Positions 17,739-27,744 of a DNA stretch of 64,000 nt are shown piece after piece; within the stretch, counting starts at the first letter, position 1; each line of letters starts with the position of its first letter. The DNA lies in the NCBI GenBank assembly GCA_964628035.1, contig CAZVPI010000007.1, positions 10,322 through 74,321 on the forward strand, given 5' to 3'. The position numbers and the translations under genes are program-made. The DNA comes from an uncultured Clostridia bacterium (GTDB taxonomy: Bacteria > Acidobacteriota > Aminicenantia > UBA2199). The notes below the pieces were generated by a model, which was given only the letters and a program-made list of their open reading frames with translations, did no database searches and was not told the origin of the DNA.

Positions 17739-18332
17739 TTACTTCCAGCGGAAATTTTCGTACGGGATCCTGACCGCCGTCCACGTCCCCTGGTTCGTGC
17801 CGTTGTCCCAGGTCCAGGTGCCGCTGATGGCCGGGATGGGAGTGATGAACTTGTGCCCCGCCAGGTCGCTGAACACGAGAGCCAGGCTGCCGGCGTTGGC
17901 CAGCCAGGTGCCGAAATGGCCGCGGTCGTCCCGGAACGTTCCCTGCAGCAGGCCGGCGCCCTCGAGCAGCACCGTGAACTTGGTCTCCGCGCTGTTGGCG
18001 TCCAGGGCGGTGATCTCCCAGGGGCCGCGGGGATCGAACAGCCGCGCGACCAGCGCCGTGTCGTGATAGATGATGACGCTGGCGGCCGCCGCCTCGGTCT
18101 CCTCGTCGACCAGCACCTCGACCGTGTTCCGGGAGTCCTCGGCGACGTAATTATAGGCGACCTCCTCGAGCTCCTTGTGCGTGTACACGCCGTTGGCCGG
18201 GCTGCCGCTCACGCCGGCCTCCACGGTGACGGCAAGCTGGTAGTCGGGATGGCCGATGAACTTGCAGCCGGCCAGGGGCAGGAGCGCCACGCCGGCGGCC
18301 AGGACGAATCCGAGTGTTCGCTTCATGAGCAA
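17739..18332 (-). CDS. lipoprotein, unknown function
   Basis: 197 aa. It has a signal peptide with a lipobox (LLPLAGC). The mature part is rich in T/G/W. I do not recognise the family. Confidence 0.5.
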   Translation of the reverse strand: MLMKRTLGFVLAAGVALLPLAGCKFIGHPDYQLAVTVEAGVSGSPANGVYTHKELEEVAYNYVAEDSRNTVEVLVDEETEAAAASVIIYHDTALVARLFDPRGPWEITALDANSAETKFTVLLEGAGLLQGTFRDDRGHFGTWLANAGSLALVFSDLAGHKFITPIPAISGTWTWDNGTNQGTWTAVRIPYENFRWK

Positions 18333-18605
18333 AGCTCCTTGGGGATCGAGCCCATATTATAATACAAATGCGCAAGATCGCCAAATGGAAATGGATGATC
18401 ACGTGTTAGCGTTGGTGTTAGCAGGAAATTCAACGAACAAGAGGGGATAGTGACGATGGCAGCAGCGGCATCGATAAGGGCGTATGGCTTTTGCCGTACG
18501 CCGTACGCCCTCTGTCGAACGCCAATCTCCATGAAGTTCCCTTGCAACCCGGTTCGACACCCCCTCGTCGAATATGATACAGTATACAAGGAAAACGACC
18601 ATCCC

Positions 18606-19538
18606 ATGTTTAAAATTATGCGCACAGGCGGGACGACCGAGAAAGACGACCGCGCCGGCGAAGGCAAGGCCCGGCGGCGGATCATCGTGCTTTCCCTTCT
18701 CCTGCACGTGCTGCTCCTTGTCGCCTGGAATTCGGCCCTGCTGGTCGACCTGGGCTCCCTGCTCCCCGTCGCCGCCGCCCCGGCCAAGGCCGCCCCCCTG
18801 GTCTTCGACCTGGAGACGCCCGAGGCCCCCCGCGAGGTGATCGCCACCCCTGACGACGCCCGCGCGGCCGAAGCGCCGCGCAGCGCCGAGTTCCTCTCCG
18901 ACAAGAACGCCATGGCCCGCGACCAGGAGGCGCCCCCATCCCTGCCCGTGACCGGCTCCCCCTATTCCCGGGGCGACCTGGCCTCGCACGAGATCCCCGC
19001 GCCGCCGCCGGGCCCGCAGCAGGCCCGCCCCGCTGAGGCCCGGCCGGGACCGGAAACAAACGCCGAAAGGCCGGCCGACGAAACCCCCGCCCCGACCGGG
19101 AGCGAGCCGTCCGCGGCCCCGGAAACGGGCCCCGCGACCGCCCCCCGCCGCCCCTTCCGCCTCGAGATGCCCTCCGTCCCGCACCGGCAGCTAGAGGGAC
19201 GCGCCGGCGAGGAGGGCGGGCTTTCGTTCAACACCTACGACTGGGACTTCGCTCCCTACATGCTGGCCCTGAAGCGGCGCATCGGCCGCAACATCTTTCC
19301 GCCCCTGGCCTACACCATGCTGGGGATGATCGACGGCGACACCCTGCTGCGCTTCAAGATCTATCCCGACGGCCGCCTGGCCGACCTGGAGCTCCTGGCC
19401 TACAACGGGCACCGCTCGCTGATGGAGACCAGCCGTTCGGCCGTCACCATCTCCGCGCCCTTCCCCGCCCTGCCGGCCGATTTTCCCAAGCCGTACCTGG
19501 AAGTGACCGCCAAGTTCACCTATTTCGTCAGGCGCTAA
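18606..19538 (+). CDS. tonB: energy transducer TonB (start uncertain; the track ORF begins at 18450)
   Basis: An N-terminal TM helix (RIIVLSLLLHVLLLVAW) is followed by a long Pro/Ala-rich linker and a C-terminal TonB domain (...YDWDFAPYMLALKRRIGRNIFPP...LRFKIYPDGRLADLELL...). exbB and exbD follow directly. Confidence 0.7.
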   Translation: MFKIMRTGGTTEKDDRAGEGKARRRIIVLSLLLHVLLLVAWNSALLVDLGSLLPVAAAPAKAAPLVFDLETPEAPREVIATPDDARAAEAPRSAEFLSDKNAMARDQEAPPSLPVTGSPYSRGDLASHEIPAPPPGPQQARPAEARPGPETNAERPADETPAPTGSEPSAAPETGPATAPRRPFRLEMPSVPHRQLEGRAGEEGGLSFNTYDWDFAPYMLALKRRIGRNIFPPLAYTMLGMIDGDTLLRFKIYPDGRLADLELLAYNGHRSLMETSRSAVTISAPFPALPADFPKPYLEVTAKFTYFVRR

Positions 19539-19550
19539 CAAAGGAGACCC

Positions 19551-20180
19551 ATGAAGAACGTCATCGAATTCCTGGCCAAGGGCGGCATCATCATGATCCC
19601 CCTGTTCCTGTGCTCGGTCGCCGCCCTGGCGGTGGCCATCGAAAAGTCGCTGGCCCTGCGGCGCCGCAAGATCATCGTCCCCGAGGTGGTCGGCGTGCTG
19701 GAGAACGTCACGGGGCCCGAAGACTTCGGCCTGGCCCTGTCCATCTGCGCAAAGCACCGCGGCCCCTTCGCCGGCCTCATACGCCTCGGCCTGGAGAACC
19801 GCCTGCTGCCCCGCGAGGAGCTCAAGGAAGCGATGCTGGACCAGGGCCGCCAGGAAGTGCACCGCCTGGGCCGCGGGCTGGGCGTGCTGGAGACCGTGGC
19901 CGGCATCGCCCCGCTGCTGGGGCTGCTGGGAACGGTGCTCGGCATCCTCAAGGTCTTCAAGGTCATCTCGCTGATGGGCGTCGGCCAGGCGGCGGCCCTG
20001 GCCGGCGGCATCTCCGAGGCCCTGATCACCACCATCGCCGGGCTGTTCATCGGCATCCCGGCCCTGGTGGCCTACAATTACTTCTCGGACAAGGCCGAGT
20101 CGCTGGTGCTGGAGATGGAGAAGCACTCCAACCTGCTGCTGGGCAAGATCGCCCGCTTCCCGGGCGGCGCGGGAGGGTGA
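19551..20180 (+). CDS. exbB: ExbB/TolQ/MotA-family proton channel
   Basis: 209 aa with three TM helices. The conserved C-terminal region reads GLLGTVLGI...AGGISEALITTIAGLFIGIPALVAYNYF. Confidence 0.85.
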   Translation: MKNVIEFLAKGGIIMIPLFLCSVAALAVAIEKSLALRRRKIIVPEVVGVLENVTGPEDFGLALSICAKHRGPFAGLIRLGLENRLLPREELKEAMLDQGRQEVHRLGRGLGVLETVAGIAPLLGLLGTVLGILKVFKVISLMGVGQAAALAGGISEALITTIAGLFIGIPALVAYNYFSDKAESLVLEMEKHSNLLLGKIARFPGGAGG

Positions 20181-20181
20181 C

Positions 20182-20583
20182 GTGCGCCTGCAGGAGCGGC
20201 CGCGGCGCCGGGCCGTCATCAACATCACCTCGCTCATCGACGTCATCTTCATGCTGCTGCTGTTCTTCATGATCACCTCGACCTTCCTGGAACAGCCGGG
20301 GATCAAACTCGAGCTGCCGGCGGCCAAGGCCGAGGCGGTCGGCGAGCCACAGGAGTACGTGCTGACGGTCGACCGCCGGGGGGCGTTGTTCCTGAACCGC
20401 CGGCCGCTGGACCTGGAGAGCCTCGAGGCGGCGATCCGCGAGGCCCTGCCGCGCATGAGGGACTCGGCCCTGGTGCTCAAGGCCGACCAGGGGGTCACCC
20501 ACGGGCTGGTGGTGCGCGTCATGGACCTGGCCAAGCGCGGCGGGGTCAAGAAGCTCATCATCGGCACCAAGCCCGAGAACTAG
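20182..20583 (+). CDS. exbD: ExbD/TolR-family protein
   Basis: 133 aa, with INITSLIDVIFMLLLFFMITSTF matching the ExbD TM helix consensus. Confidence 0.85.
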   Translation: MRLQERPRRRAVINITSLIDVIFMLLLFFMITSTFLEQPGIKLELPAAKAEAVGEPQEYVLTVDRRGALFLNRRPLDLESLEAAIREALPRMRDSALVLKADQGVTHGLVVRVMDLAKRGGVKKLIIGTKPEN

Positions 20584-20621
20584 CCGATACCCTTGACCAG
20601 GCGGCGGTAAGGGGATCGGCA

Positions 20622-20723
20622 GGCTTGGCATACGGCGCACGGCGGACGGCAAACCCCTGTACCGCTCGATTTCGTCAAGGGCCCGCTGCCGTATGCCGTA
20701 CGCCGTGAACCGTCCGCCAAGCC
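20622..20723. repeat. ACGGC-unit repeat block present in both orientations (imperfect about 100-nt palindrome) between exbD and lptB
   Basis: ggcttggcatacggcgcacggcggacggcaaacc...gctgccgtatgccgtacgccgtgaaccgtccgccaagcc. Both arms start and end with GGCTTGGC / GCCAAGCC. Confidence 0.6.
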
Positions 20724-20801
20724 CGTTCTGGGAAGCCCCTTTTTGACACCCTCGCTTTTGGATGCTATTATTACGTGGGGATTCCCGTTGTTGATCCAAC
20801 C

Positions 20802-21518
<717 letters not shown>

Positions 21519-21521
21519 CCC

Positions 21522-22922
21522 ATGACCATCAAGATGCAGCTCAAGGGCACCCAGCAGCTGACGATCACCCCGGTCATGCATTATTTCATCCAGCTGCTGG
21601 CCGACAACCACCTGGAGCTGGCCGCCAGCCTGCAGAACGAGGCCGAGTCCAACCCCATGCTGGAGATCGAGACCACCGAGAGGCCGCAGCGCCAGGAGGA
21701 GGAGTCCAACGACATGCGCGAGCGCATCGAGCGCGCCGACGCCTCCTTCCTCACCCCCTATGAGGACCAGGGGTTCTTCAAGCGCGACCCCGACCGCATC
21801 GACAAGAACCGCGCCCTGGAGGTGCTCACCGCCTCCAGCGTCAGCCTGGCCGACCACCTGTTGGAGCAGGCCCGGGCCACGTTCAGCCGCGAGGAGGAGA
21901 TCGAGAGCGCCCGCCAGATCATCTACAACCTCGACGGCGACGGCTACCTGAAGATCGAGATCGAGTCGATCGCCTCGCAGATCGGGGCCACTGCCGACGA
22001 GATCGAGCGCGTGCGCCGGCAGATCACGCAGTTCGATCCGCCGGGCTGCGCCAGCCGGTCGCTGACCGAGTGCCTGCTGGCCCAGGTCGGCGAGGAGCCG
22101 GAGAACGAGAGCCTGCGGCGGCTGATCCGCGACCACCTCGAGGACCTGTCGCGCGCCAACTACGAGCTCATCGCCAGGCGCCTGGAAACCGGCGCCGACG
22201 AGGTGCTGCGCCTGGCCGCCCGCCTGAAGCGCCTCTCCCCCCGCCCCGCCGAGTCCTTCGACCGCGGCGAGGTGGAATACGCCGAGGTCGACCTCATGCT
22301 GCTCCGCGAGAACGGCGACTACCGCGTCGTCTACCTGGAGGACGGGCTGCCGCGCCTGACCCTCTCCCGCTACTACCAGGAGATGCTGGAGAAGGCGCCC
22401 GACAAGCAGACCGTGTCCTACCTGAGGAACCGCTGGCGCGACGCCCAGTTCTTCCTCGAGAGCATCGAGCTGCGCAAGAAGACCATCCTGCGCATCGCCC
22501 AGTTCCTGGTCAAGGCGCAGAAGGATTTCCTCGATTTCGGCGAGAAGTGGAAGAAACCCCTCACCATGAAGGACGTGGCCCGCGAGATCGGCCTGAACGA
22601 ATCGACCATCTCACGCGCCGTGAGCAACAAGTTCATGACCTGGGAGAAGGGGGTCATCCCCCTCAAGGCCTTCTTCAGCTACGGGCTGAAGGGTGACTTC
22701 GGCTTCTCCCACGCCGTGGGCACGATCAAGGACAAGATCCGCGAACTGATCGCCGCCGAGCCGCCGCACAAGCCGCTGGCCGACGACGAGATCGCCAGCC
22801 GCCTGGCGGCGCTGGGCATCCGCATCGCCCGGCGCACCGTGCGCAACTACCGCGAGGAGATGAACCTGCCGAGCTCGTTCGTCCGCAAGAAAGAAAATAA
22901 AATCAAAGGAGTTTCGAAATGA
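21522..22922 (+). CDS. rpoN: RNA polymerase sigma-54 factor RpoN
   Basis: 466 aa with a C-terminal RpoN box (ARRTVRNYREEMNLPSS), an HTH upstream of it, and an N-terminal Gln/Leu-rich region. Confidence 0.9.
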   Translation: MTIKMQLKGTQQLTITPVMHYFIQLLADNHLELAASLQNEAESNPMLEIETTERPQRQEEESNDMRERIERADASFLTPYEDQGFFKRDPDRIDKNRALEVLTASSVSLADHLLEQARATFSREEEIESARQIIYNLDGDGYLKIEIESIASQIGATADEIERVRRQITQFDPPGCASRSLTECLLAQVGEEPENESLRRLIRDHLEDLSRANYELIARRLETGADEVLRLAARLKRLSPRPAESFDRGEVEYAEVDLMLLRENGDYRVVYLEDGLPRLTLSRYYQEMLEKAPDKQTVSYLRNRWRDAQFFLESIELRKKTILRIAQFLVKAQKDFLDFGEKWKKPLTMKDVAREIGLNESTISRAVSNKFMTWEKGVIPLKAFFSYGLKGDFGFSHAVGTIKDKIRELIAAEPPHKPLADDEIASRLAALGIRIARRTVRNYREEMNLPSSFVRKKENKIKGVSK

Positions 22923-23485
22923 GCATCAACTTCGTGCACCGGAACGTCAAGATGCCGGGCGCGCTGAAGGCCTTCGCCGAGCAGCACCTGGCCGACATCG
23001 AGAAGATCGCCGGCGAGATCATCGACGCCGAGGTGATCGTCAACGAGGAAAAACTCCAGTTCAAGGCCGAGCTTTCATTGAAGACGCGGATGGACTCGTT
23101 TCACGCCGTGGGACGCGACAAGATACTCAAGCAGGCGCTGCGCGACGCGCTGAACACCCTGCGCGGGCAGGCCAAGCGCAGCAAGGAGAAGATCAAGGAG
23201 AGCAAGAAGCGTGCCGGGGCCAAGGGCATCTCCATGGCCACGGTGGCGCTGGATGCGGGCCGGCGCCGCGAGCGGGGCCGGCGGCCGCCCGCCCCCGAGC
23301 GCGAGGACGGCATCGTGATCTCCGACAACTATGCCCGCCAGCCGATCACCGTCGACGAGGCCGTCTTCTTCCTCAACGAGAGCGGCGAGAACGGCTACAT
23401 GTTCCTCAACGCCGAGACCAACCGCCTGGCGGCCGTCTTCCGCAACCGCCAGGGCGGCGTCACCCTGATCGAGCCCAACCTGTAG
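22919..23485 (+). CDS. hpf: ribosome hibernation promoting factor (long HPF / RaiA family)
   Basis: 188 aa. The N-terminal sigma54-modulation-protein fold reads MSINFVHRNVKMPGALKAFAEQHLADIEKI. A C-terminal dimerisation extension is present. The position downstream of rpoN is conserved. Confidence 0.8.
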   Translation: MSINFVHRNVKMPGALKAFAEQHLADIEKIAGEIIDAEVIVNEEKLQFKAELSLKTRMDSFHAVGRDKILKQALRDALNTLRGQAKRSKEKIKESKKRAGAKGISMATVALDAGRRRERGRRPPAPEREDGIVISDNYARQPITVDEAVFFLNESGENGYMFLNAETNRLAAVFRNRQGGVTLIEPNL

Positions 23486-23501
23486 CCCGCGGGCGGCGCC
23501 G

Positions 23502-24458
23502 ATGGCCAAGGAAATCAAGGGCATCCAGCTGCACCAGGTCCGCGACCTGCCGCAACTGAAGATCATCCGCGTCTTCAACGAGAAGGGGCTGGAGAACCTG
23601 GTGCGCCACCCGCGGCCGCAGCGCCCCGGGCTGGGCCTGACCGGCTACCTCAAGCACATCCAGGACGGGCGCATCCAGGTCTTCGGCAAGACCGAGGCCG
23701 GCTACCTGAACAGCCTGAAGGAGGCGGAGAAAGCCCGCTGCCTGAAAAACTACTTCGCGCTCAAGCTGCCGGGCGTCATCGTCTCCGAGAGCATCGAGCC
23801 GCCGCCCGACTGGATCGCCGCCGCCCACCGCTACGCCACGCCCATCCTGGTGTCGGAACTGCACACGGCGCCGCTCATCTCACGGCTCAGCGCCCACCTC
23901 TACCAGTATTTCTCGCGCAAGATCAAGATGAACGGCGTGCTGATGGACATCATGGGCCAGGGGGTGCTGATCACCGGGGCCTCGGGCATCGGCAAGAGCG
24001 AGACGGCCCTGGAGCTGGTCAACAAGGGCTACCAGCTGATCGCCGACGACGTGGCCGAATTCTTCCTGGATTCCAATGACGACCTGGTCGGACGCTGCAA
24101 CGAGGCCATCAAGAACCTGATGGAGGTGCGCGGCCTGGGCATCCTCAACATCAAAGACATCTTCGGCGCCTCAGCCGTCCTCGAGGAGAAGAAGCTGAAC
24201 CTGGTGATCAACCTGGAAAAGTGGGACGCCAAGAAGAAGTACGACCGCCTGGGCGAGGACAACCTCTACTTCAAGATCCTCGGCCTGGAGGTGCCCCTGA
24301 TCAACCTGCCGGTGGGCCCGGGGCGCAACCTGTCGACCATCATCGAGGTGGCGCTGCGCAACTTCCTGGCCAAGAAGAGCGGCCGTCCCACCTACCTGCA
24401 ATCCCGCGCCCAGGCCCCGGCGGCGGCGCCGGAGGAAAACGGAGGGACGGCGCCATGA
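23502..24458 (+). CDS. hprK: HPr kinase/phosphorylase
   Basis: The P-loop is GASGIGKSETALELV. The HprK C-terminal signature reads LMEVRGLGILNI...LPVGPGRNL. Confidence 0.85.
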   Translation: MAKEIKGIQLHQVRDLPQLKIIRVFNEKGLENLVRHPRPQRPGLGLTGYLKHIQDGRIQVFGKTEAGYLNSLKEAEKARCLKNYFALKLPGVIVSESIEPPPDWIAAAHRYATPILVSELHTAPLISRLSAHLYQYFSRKIKMNGVLMDIMGQGVLITGASGIGKSETALELVNKGYQLIADDVAEFFLDSNDDLVGRCNEAIKNLMEVRGLGILNIKDIFGASAVLEEKKLNLVINLEKWDAKKKYDRLGEDNLYFKILGLEVPLINLPVGPGRNLSTIIEVALRNFLAKKSGRPTYLQSRAQAPAAAPEENGGTAP

Positions 24459-24856
24459 TCAAGAGCGTGATCGTCACCCACGGCAACCTGGGGCGCGAGC
24501 TGGTGCAGGTGGCCGAACGGATCCTGGAACAGAAGCTCGACATCGAGATCGTCGCTTTCGACTGGCAGGGCGACGGCAGAGGCATGATCGCCCAATTGGA
24601 GTCGTTCATCGCCCGCCACCCCGGCCGCAAGGTCGTCATCTTCACCGACATGTTCGGCGGCTCGCCCTCGAACGTCTCCACGCGCTTCGTGGGGCCACAC
24701 GTCGAGGTGATCTCGGGGATCAACCTGCCCGGGCTGCTCAAGTTCTTCTGCTGCGACGAGCCGGACGGGCGCTTCCGCCAGCTGGTCAAGAAGGTCGAGC
24801 AGGAGGCCAAGGACGGCATCAACATCCTCAGCGAATACCTAGGAGAGAAAAAATGA
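24455..24856 (+). CDS. PTS EIIA component, mannose/fructose class
   Basis: MIKSVIVTHGNLGRELVQVAERILEQ matches the EIIA-Man N-terminus with its active-site His. It is about 133 aa and lies between hprK and ptsH. Confidence 0.7.
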   Translation: MIKSVIVTHGNLGRELVQVAERILEQKLDIEIVAFDWQGDGRGMIAQLESFIARHPGRKVVIFTDMFGGSPSNVSTRFVGPHVEVISGINLPGLLKFFCCDEPDGRFRQLVKKVEQEAKDGINILSEYLGEKK

Positions 24857-25122
24857 TCGAGAAGAAGCAGCAGATACTGAACAAGCTGGGGCTTCACGCC
24901 CGGGCGGCCGCCAAGCTCTCGCACCTGGCCAACATGTTCAGCTCCGACATCTACCTCATCTACAACGAGGACAAGGTGAACGCCAAGAGCCTGTTGGGCA
25001 TCCTGACCCTGGCCGCCTCGGTGGGCAACGAGATCACGCTGCAGGCCGCCGGCACCGACGAGAAGGAGGCGCTCAAGGCCATCGGCGACCTCTTCGACCG
25101 CAAGTTCGACGAAGAGATGTGA
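24853..25122 (+). CDS. ptsH: phosphocarrier protein HPr
   Basis: 89 aa. GLHARAAAKL contains His15, and the Ser46 region is NAKSLLGIL. Confidence 0.85.
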   Translation: MIEKKQQILNKLGLHARAAAKLSHLANMFSSDIYLIYNEDKVNAKSLLGILTLAASVGNEITLQAAGTDEKEALKAIGDLFDRKFDEEM

Positions 25123-25126
25123 TGTG

Positions 25127-26887
25127 ATGGTCCGCTTCCAGGGCAAGGCCGTCTCCCCGGGCATCGCCATGGGCCGCGCCCAGCTGCACCGCTCCAGCCG
25201 CGAGGAGGTCGCGGCCGAGCCCATCGCCCCGCGGGCGCTGGAGCGCGAGATCTGGCGCCTGGAGAACGCCGTCAAGAAATCGCGCGCCCAGCTGAAGAAG
25301 ATCCACCGCGGGCTGCAGAAGATCATGGGCAAGGACGCCGCCTTCATCATCGAGACGCAGCACATGCTGCTGACCGACAGCCACCTGCTCGACGAGATCA
25401 AGGGCACCATCAGCGAGCGGCTGGTGAAGGCCGAGTGGGCCATCCGTCTGGTGGAGCGCAAGTACCAGGAGCTTTTCCGCACCATCCCCGACCTCTCCTT
25501 CAAGGCCAAGAGCAACGATGTGTCCGACGTGCTCAACCGCCTGATCGGCAACCTGCGCCGCACCCCGGCCCGCCCGGCCGCCGCCCCGGCCGCCGGCGAG
25601 CAGTTCGTGCTGGTGGCCGACGACATCAGCCCCTCGGAGGCGGCCACGCTGATGAGCAGCAAGCGCCTGCTGGGTCTGGTGCTGAACAAGGGCGGCGAGA
25701 CGTCGCACACGGCCATCCTGGCCCGCACCCTGGGCATCCCCGCCATCCTGGACACGGGCAACGCCACCGAGCTGATCGCCTCCGGCGACACCGTCGCCCT
25801 GGACTCGACCAGCGGATCGGTCATCGTCGCCCCCACCCCCGACGCCGCCCTGGAGATCGGCCGCAAGATCGAGCAGTTCGGGCAGTACAAGGAGCAGCTC
25901 AAGGCCTTGAGCCAGCTGCCGGAGCTGACCCGCGACCGCCACCAGTTCCACCTCCTCGCCAACATCGAGCTGCCCTTCGAAAGCGAGGTGGTGCAGTCGT
26001 TCGGCGCCAAGGGCATCGGCCTGTTCCGCACCGAGTTCCTCTACCTCGACTCCAGGATGAGCCTCTCGGAAGAGGATCAGTGCCTGATCTACAAGAAGAT
26101 CGCCCAGAACGTCTACCCCCACCCGCTGGTCATCCGCACCTATGACCTGGGCCGCGACAAATCCGATCCCGGCCGGCCCGCGCGCGAGGACAACCCCTCG
26201 CTGGGGCTGATGGCGGTGCGCCTGTTCCTCAAGGAACGCGAACCGCTGCACGTGCAGATCAGGGCCATCCTGCGCGCCAATGCCAGCGGCAACATCCGCA
26301 TCCTCTTCCCCATGGTCACCGAGATCGAGGAAGTGCGCATGCTGCGCGAGATGATGGCCGAGGCCAGGCGCGAGCTGCAGCGCGCCGGCGTCGGCGCCCG
26401 CAAGGACGTCAAGGTCGGCATCATGCTGGAGATCCCCGCCGCCGTGCGCCTGATCCGCCACCTGGGCAACGACGTCGACTTCTACTCGGTGGGCAGCAAC
26501 GACCTCATCCAGTACTTGCTGGCCGTCGACCGCAACAACGTCGAGGTCGCCCACCTCTACAGCCCCTTTCACCCGGCCCTGGTCCACATCCTGAAGGAGA
26601 TCCGCCGCGAGGCGGACCGCGCCGGCAAGGAAGTGACCGTCTGCGGCGAGATGGCCGGCCAACGGCTGCCGGCGCTGATGCTCCTCGGCCTGGGTTTCAC
26701 CCACTTCTCCATGAACGCCCTGGCCATCGCCGAGATGAAGCGCATATTCACCCGGGTCGATTACGCACGCCTGCGCCGCATCGTCGCCCAGCTTGACCGC
26801 TTCGGCTCGCGCGTGGAGATCGAGCGGCATTTGCGCAACGAGCTCGAGAAGGCGTATCCAGGATTGTTGAGCTCGAACAGCCAGTGA
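25127..26887 (+). CDS. ptsI: phosphoenolpyruvate-protein phosphotransferase (PTS Enzyme I)
   Basis: About 586 aa. The phospho-His region is GGETSHTAILARTLGIPA. The C-terminal PEP-utilising TIM barrel includes MLEIPAA and VGSNDLIQY. Confidence 0.85.
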   Translation: MVRFQGKAVSPGIAMGRAQLHRSSREEVAAEPIAPRALEREIWRLENAVKKSRAQLKKIHRGLQKIMGKDAAFIIETQHMLLTDSHLLDEIKGTISERLVKAEWAIRLVERKYQELFRTIPDLSFKAKSNDVSDVLNRLIGNLRRTPARPAAAPAAGEQFVLVADDISPSEAATLMSSKRLLGLVLNKGGETSHTAILARTLGIPAILDTGNATELIASGDTVALDSTSGSVIVAPTPDAALEIGRKIEQFGQYKEQLKALSQLPELTRDRHQFHLLANIELPFESEVVQSFGAKGIGLFRTEFLYLDSRMSLSEEDQCLIYKKIAQNVYPHPLVIRTYDLGRDKSDPGRPAREDNPSLGLMAVRLFLKEREPLHVQIRAILRANASGNIRILFPMVTEIEEVRMLREMMAEARRELQRAGVGARKDVKVGIMLEIPAAVRLIRHLGNDVDFYSVGSNDLIQYLLAVDRNNVEVAHLYSPFHPALVHILKEIRREADRAGKEVTVCGEMAGQRLPALMLLGLGFTHFSMNALAIAEMKRIFTRVDYARLRRIVAQLDRFGSRVEIERHLRNELEKAYPGLLSSNSQ

Positions 26888-27012
26888 CTTTCGTTATCCC
26901 GTGACGAGTAACGAGTGACGAGGGGAAACAACAGATCGACCTCTTCCCTCTTACCCCCAGCAAAGTTCAATTCATTGCCTTTTCTTGTCACTCGTCACTT
27001 GTTACTTGTCAC
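26884..27012. repeat. inverted pair of GTGACGA-unit arrays flanking an about 60-nt spacer between convergent ptsI and plsC
   Basis: gtgactttcgttatcccgtgacgagtaacgagtgacgagg at 26884-26923. cttgtcactcgtcacttgttacttgtcacgg at 26984-27012 is its reverse complement apart from a few substitutions. Confidence 0.7.
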
Positions 27013-27744
27013 GGAGAATGAGGCGGAATCCTCATGTTTTAAAAATACGCTCCGGACCTGGTCCATCAGCTCGCGCACGCTCTCGCGCGTGAAGCCCTGG
27101 GTGGGCACCGGCCTCTCGAAGGCCAGCTCGACGCGCCCCGGGCGGATGAGCAGGCTGCCGCGGCGGTTGACGGCGTAGGCTCCCTTCTGCACCAGGGGCA
27201 GGATCTCCAGGCCCGTCTCCAGCGCCAGCAGGAAGCCGCCCCTCTTGAACGGCCCGAGGCGGCCGTCGCGGGTGCGCGTGCCCTCGGGCAGGATCATGAA
27301 CGAGACGTCGCGCCGCGAGCGGATCAGGGCCGCGGCCCGGCGCAGCGATTCCAGGGCGCGGGCGCCGTGGCGGCGGTCGACGGGGATGTTGCCCATGCGC
27401 CGCACCACCCAGCCGTAGACCGGCCAGGAGAAGTGGCCCTGCTCCTCGATGCCGCGCGCCCGGCCGGGAAAGCGGCTGTAAAAGACCAGCCCGTCGAAAA
27501 AATTGACGTGGTTCATCATCAGCAGGTATTGGCGGCCCGGCGCGATGTTTTCCAGGCCGGAGACGGAGACGCGGATGCCGCAGAGCCAGACAGTCGAACG
27601 GCACAGCCATTTGAGCGCGGCCTCGAAGACGGCGCCGGCGCGGAACACGCCGATCAGCAGCACGACGAGCGCCCAGAAGACGAACCAGGGCAGGACCAGG
27701 GGCCAGGCCAGCAGCGAAAAGAGGACGGCCGCGGTCCGGCTCAT
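26995..27744 (-). CDS. plsC: 1-acyl-sn-glycerol-3-phosphate acyltransferase
   Basis: The HxxxxD motif is NHVNFFDG and the PEGTR motif is ILPEGTRTRDG. There is an N-terminal TM segment. Confidence 0.8.
   Translation of the reverse strand: MSRTAAVLFSLLAWPLVLPWFVFWALVVLLIGVFRAGAVFEAALKWLCRSTVWLCGIRVSVSGLENIAPGRQYLLMMNHVNFFDGLVFYSRFPGRARGIEEQGHFSWPVYGWVVRRMGNIPVDRRHGARALESLRRAAALIRSRRDVSFMILPEGTRTRDGRLGPFKRGGFLLALETGLEILPLVQKGAYAVNRRGSLLIRPGRVELAFERPVPTQGFTRESVRELMDQVRSVFLKHEDSASFSVTSNK

Noticed and set aside
17455-18362. 203-aa and 169-aa plus-strand ORFs
   Set aside because: They overlap the lipoprotein gene 17739..18332 on the opposite strand and extend into the repeat-rich intergenic region. 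No RBS is present and the composition is low-complexity.
24340-26830. 563-aa and 585-aa minus-strand ORFs
   Set aside because: They are antisense to hprK, EIIA, ptsH and ptsI, which have unambiguous motifs on the plus strand.
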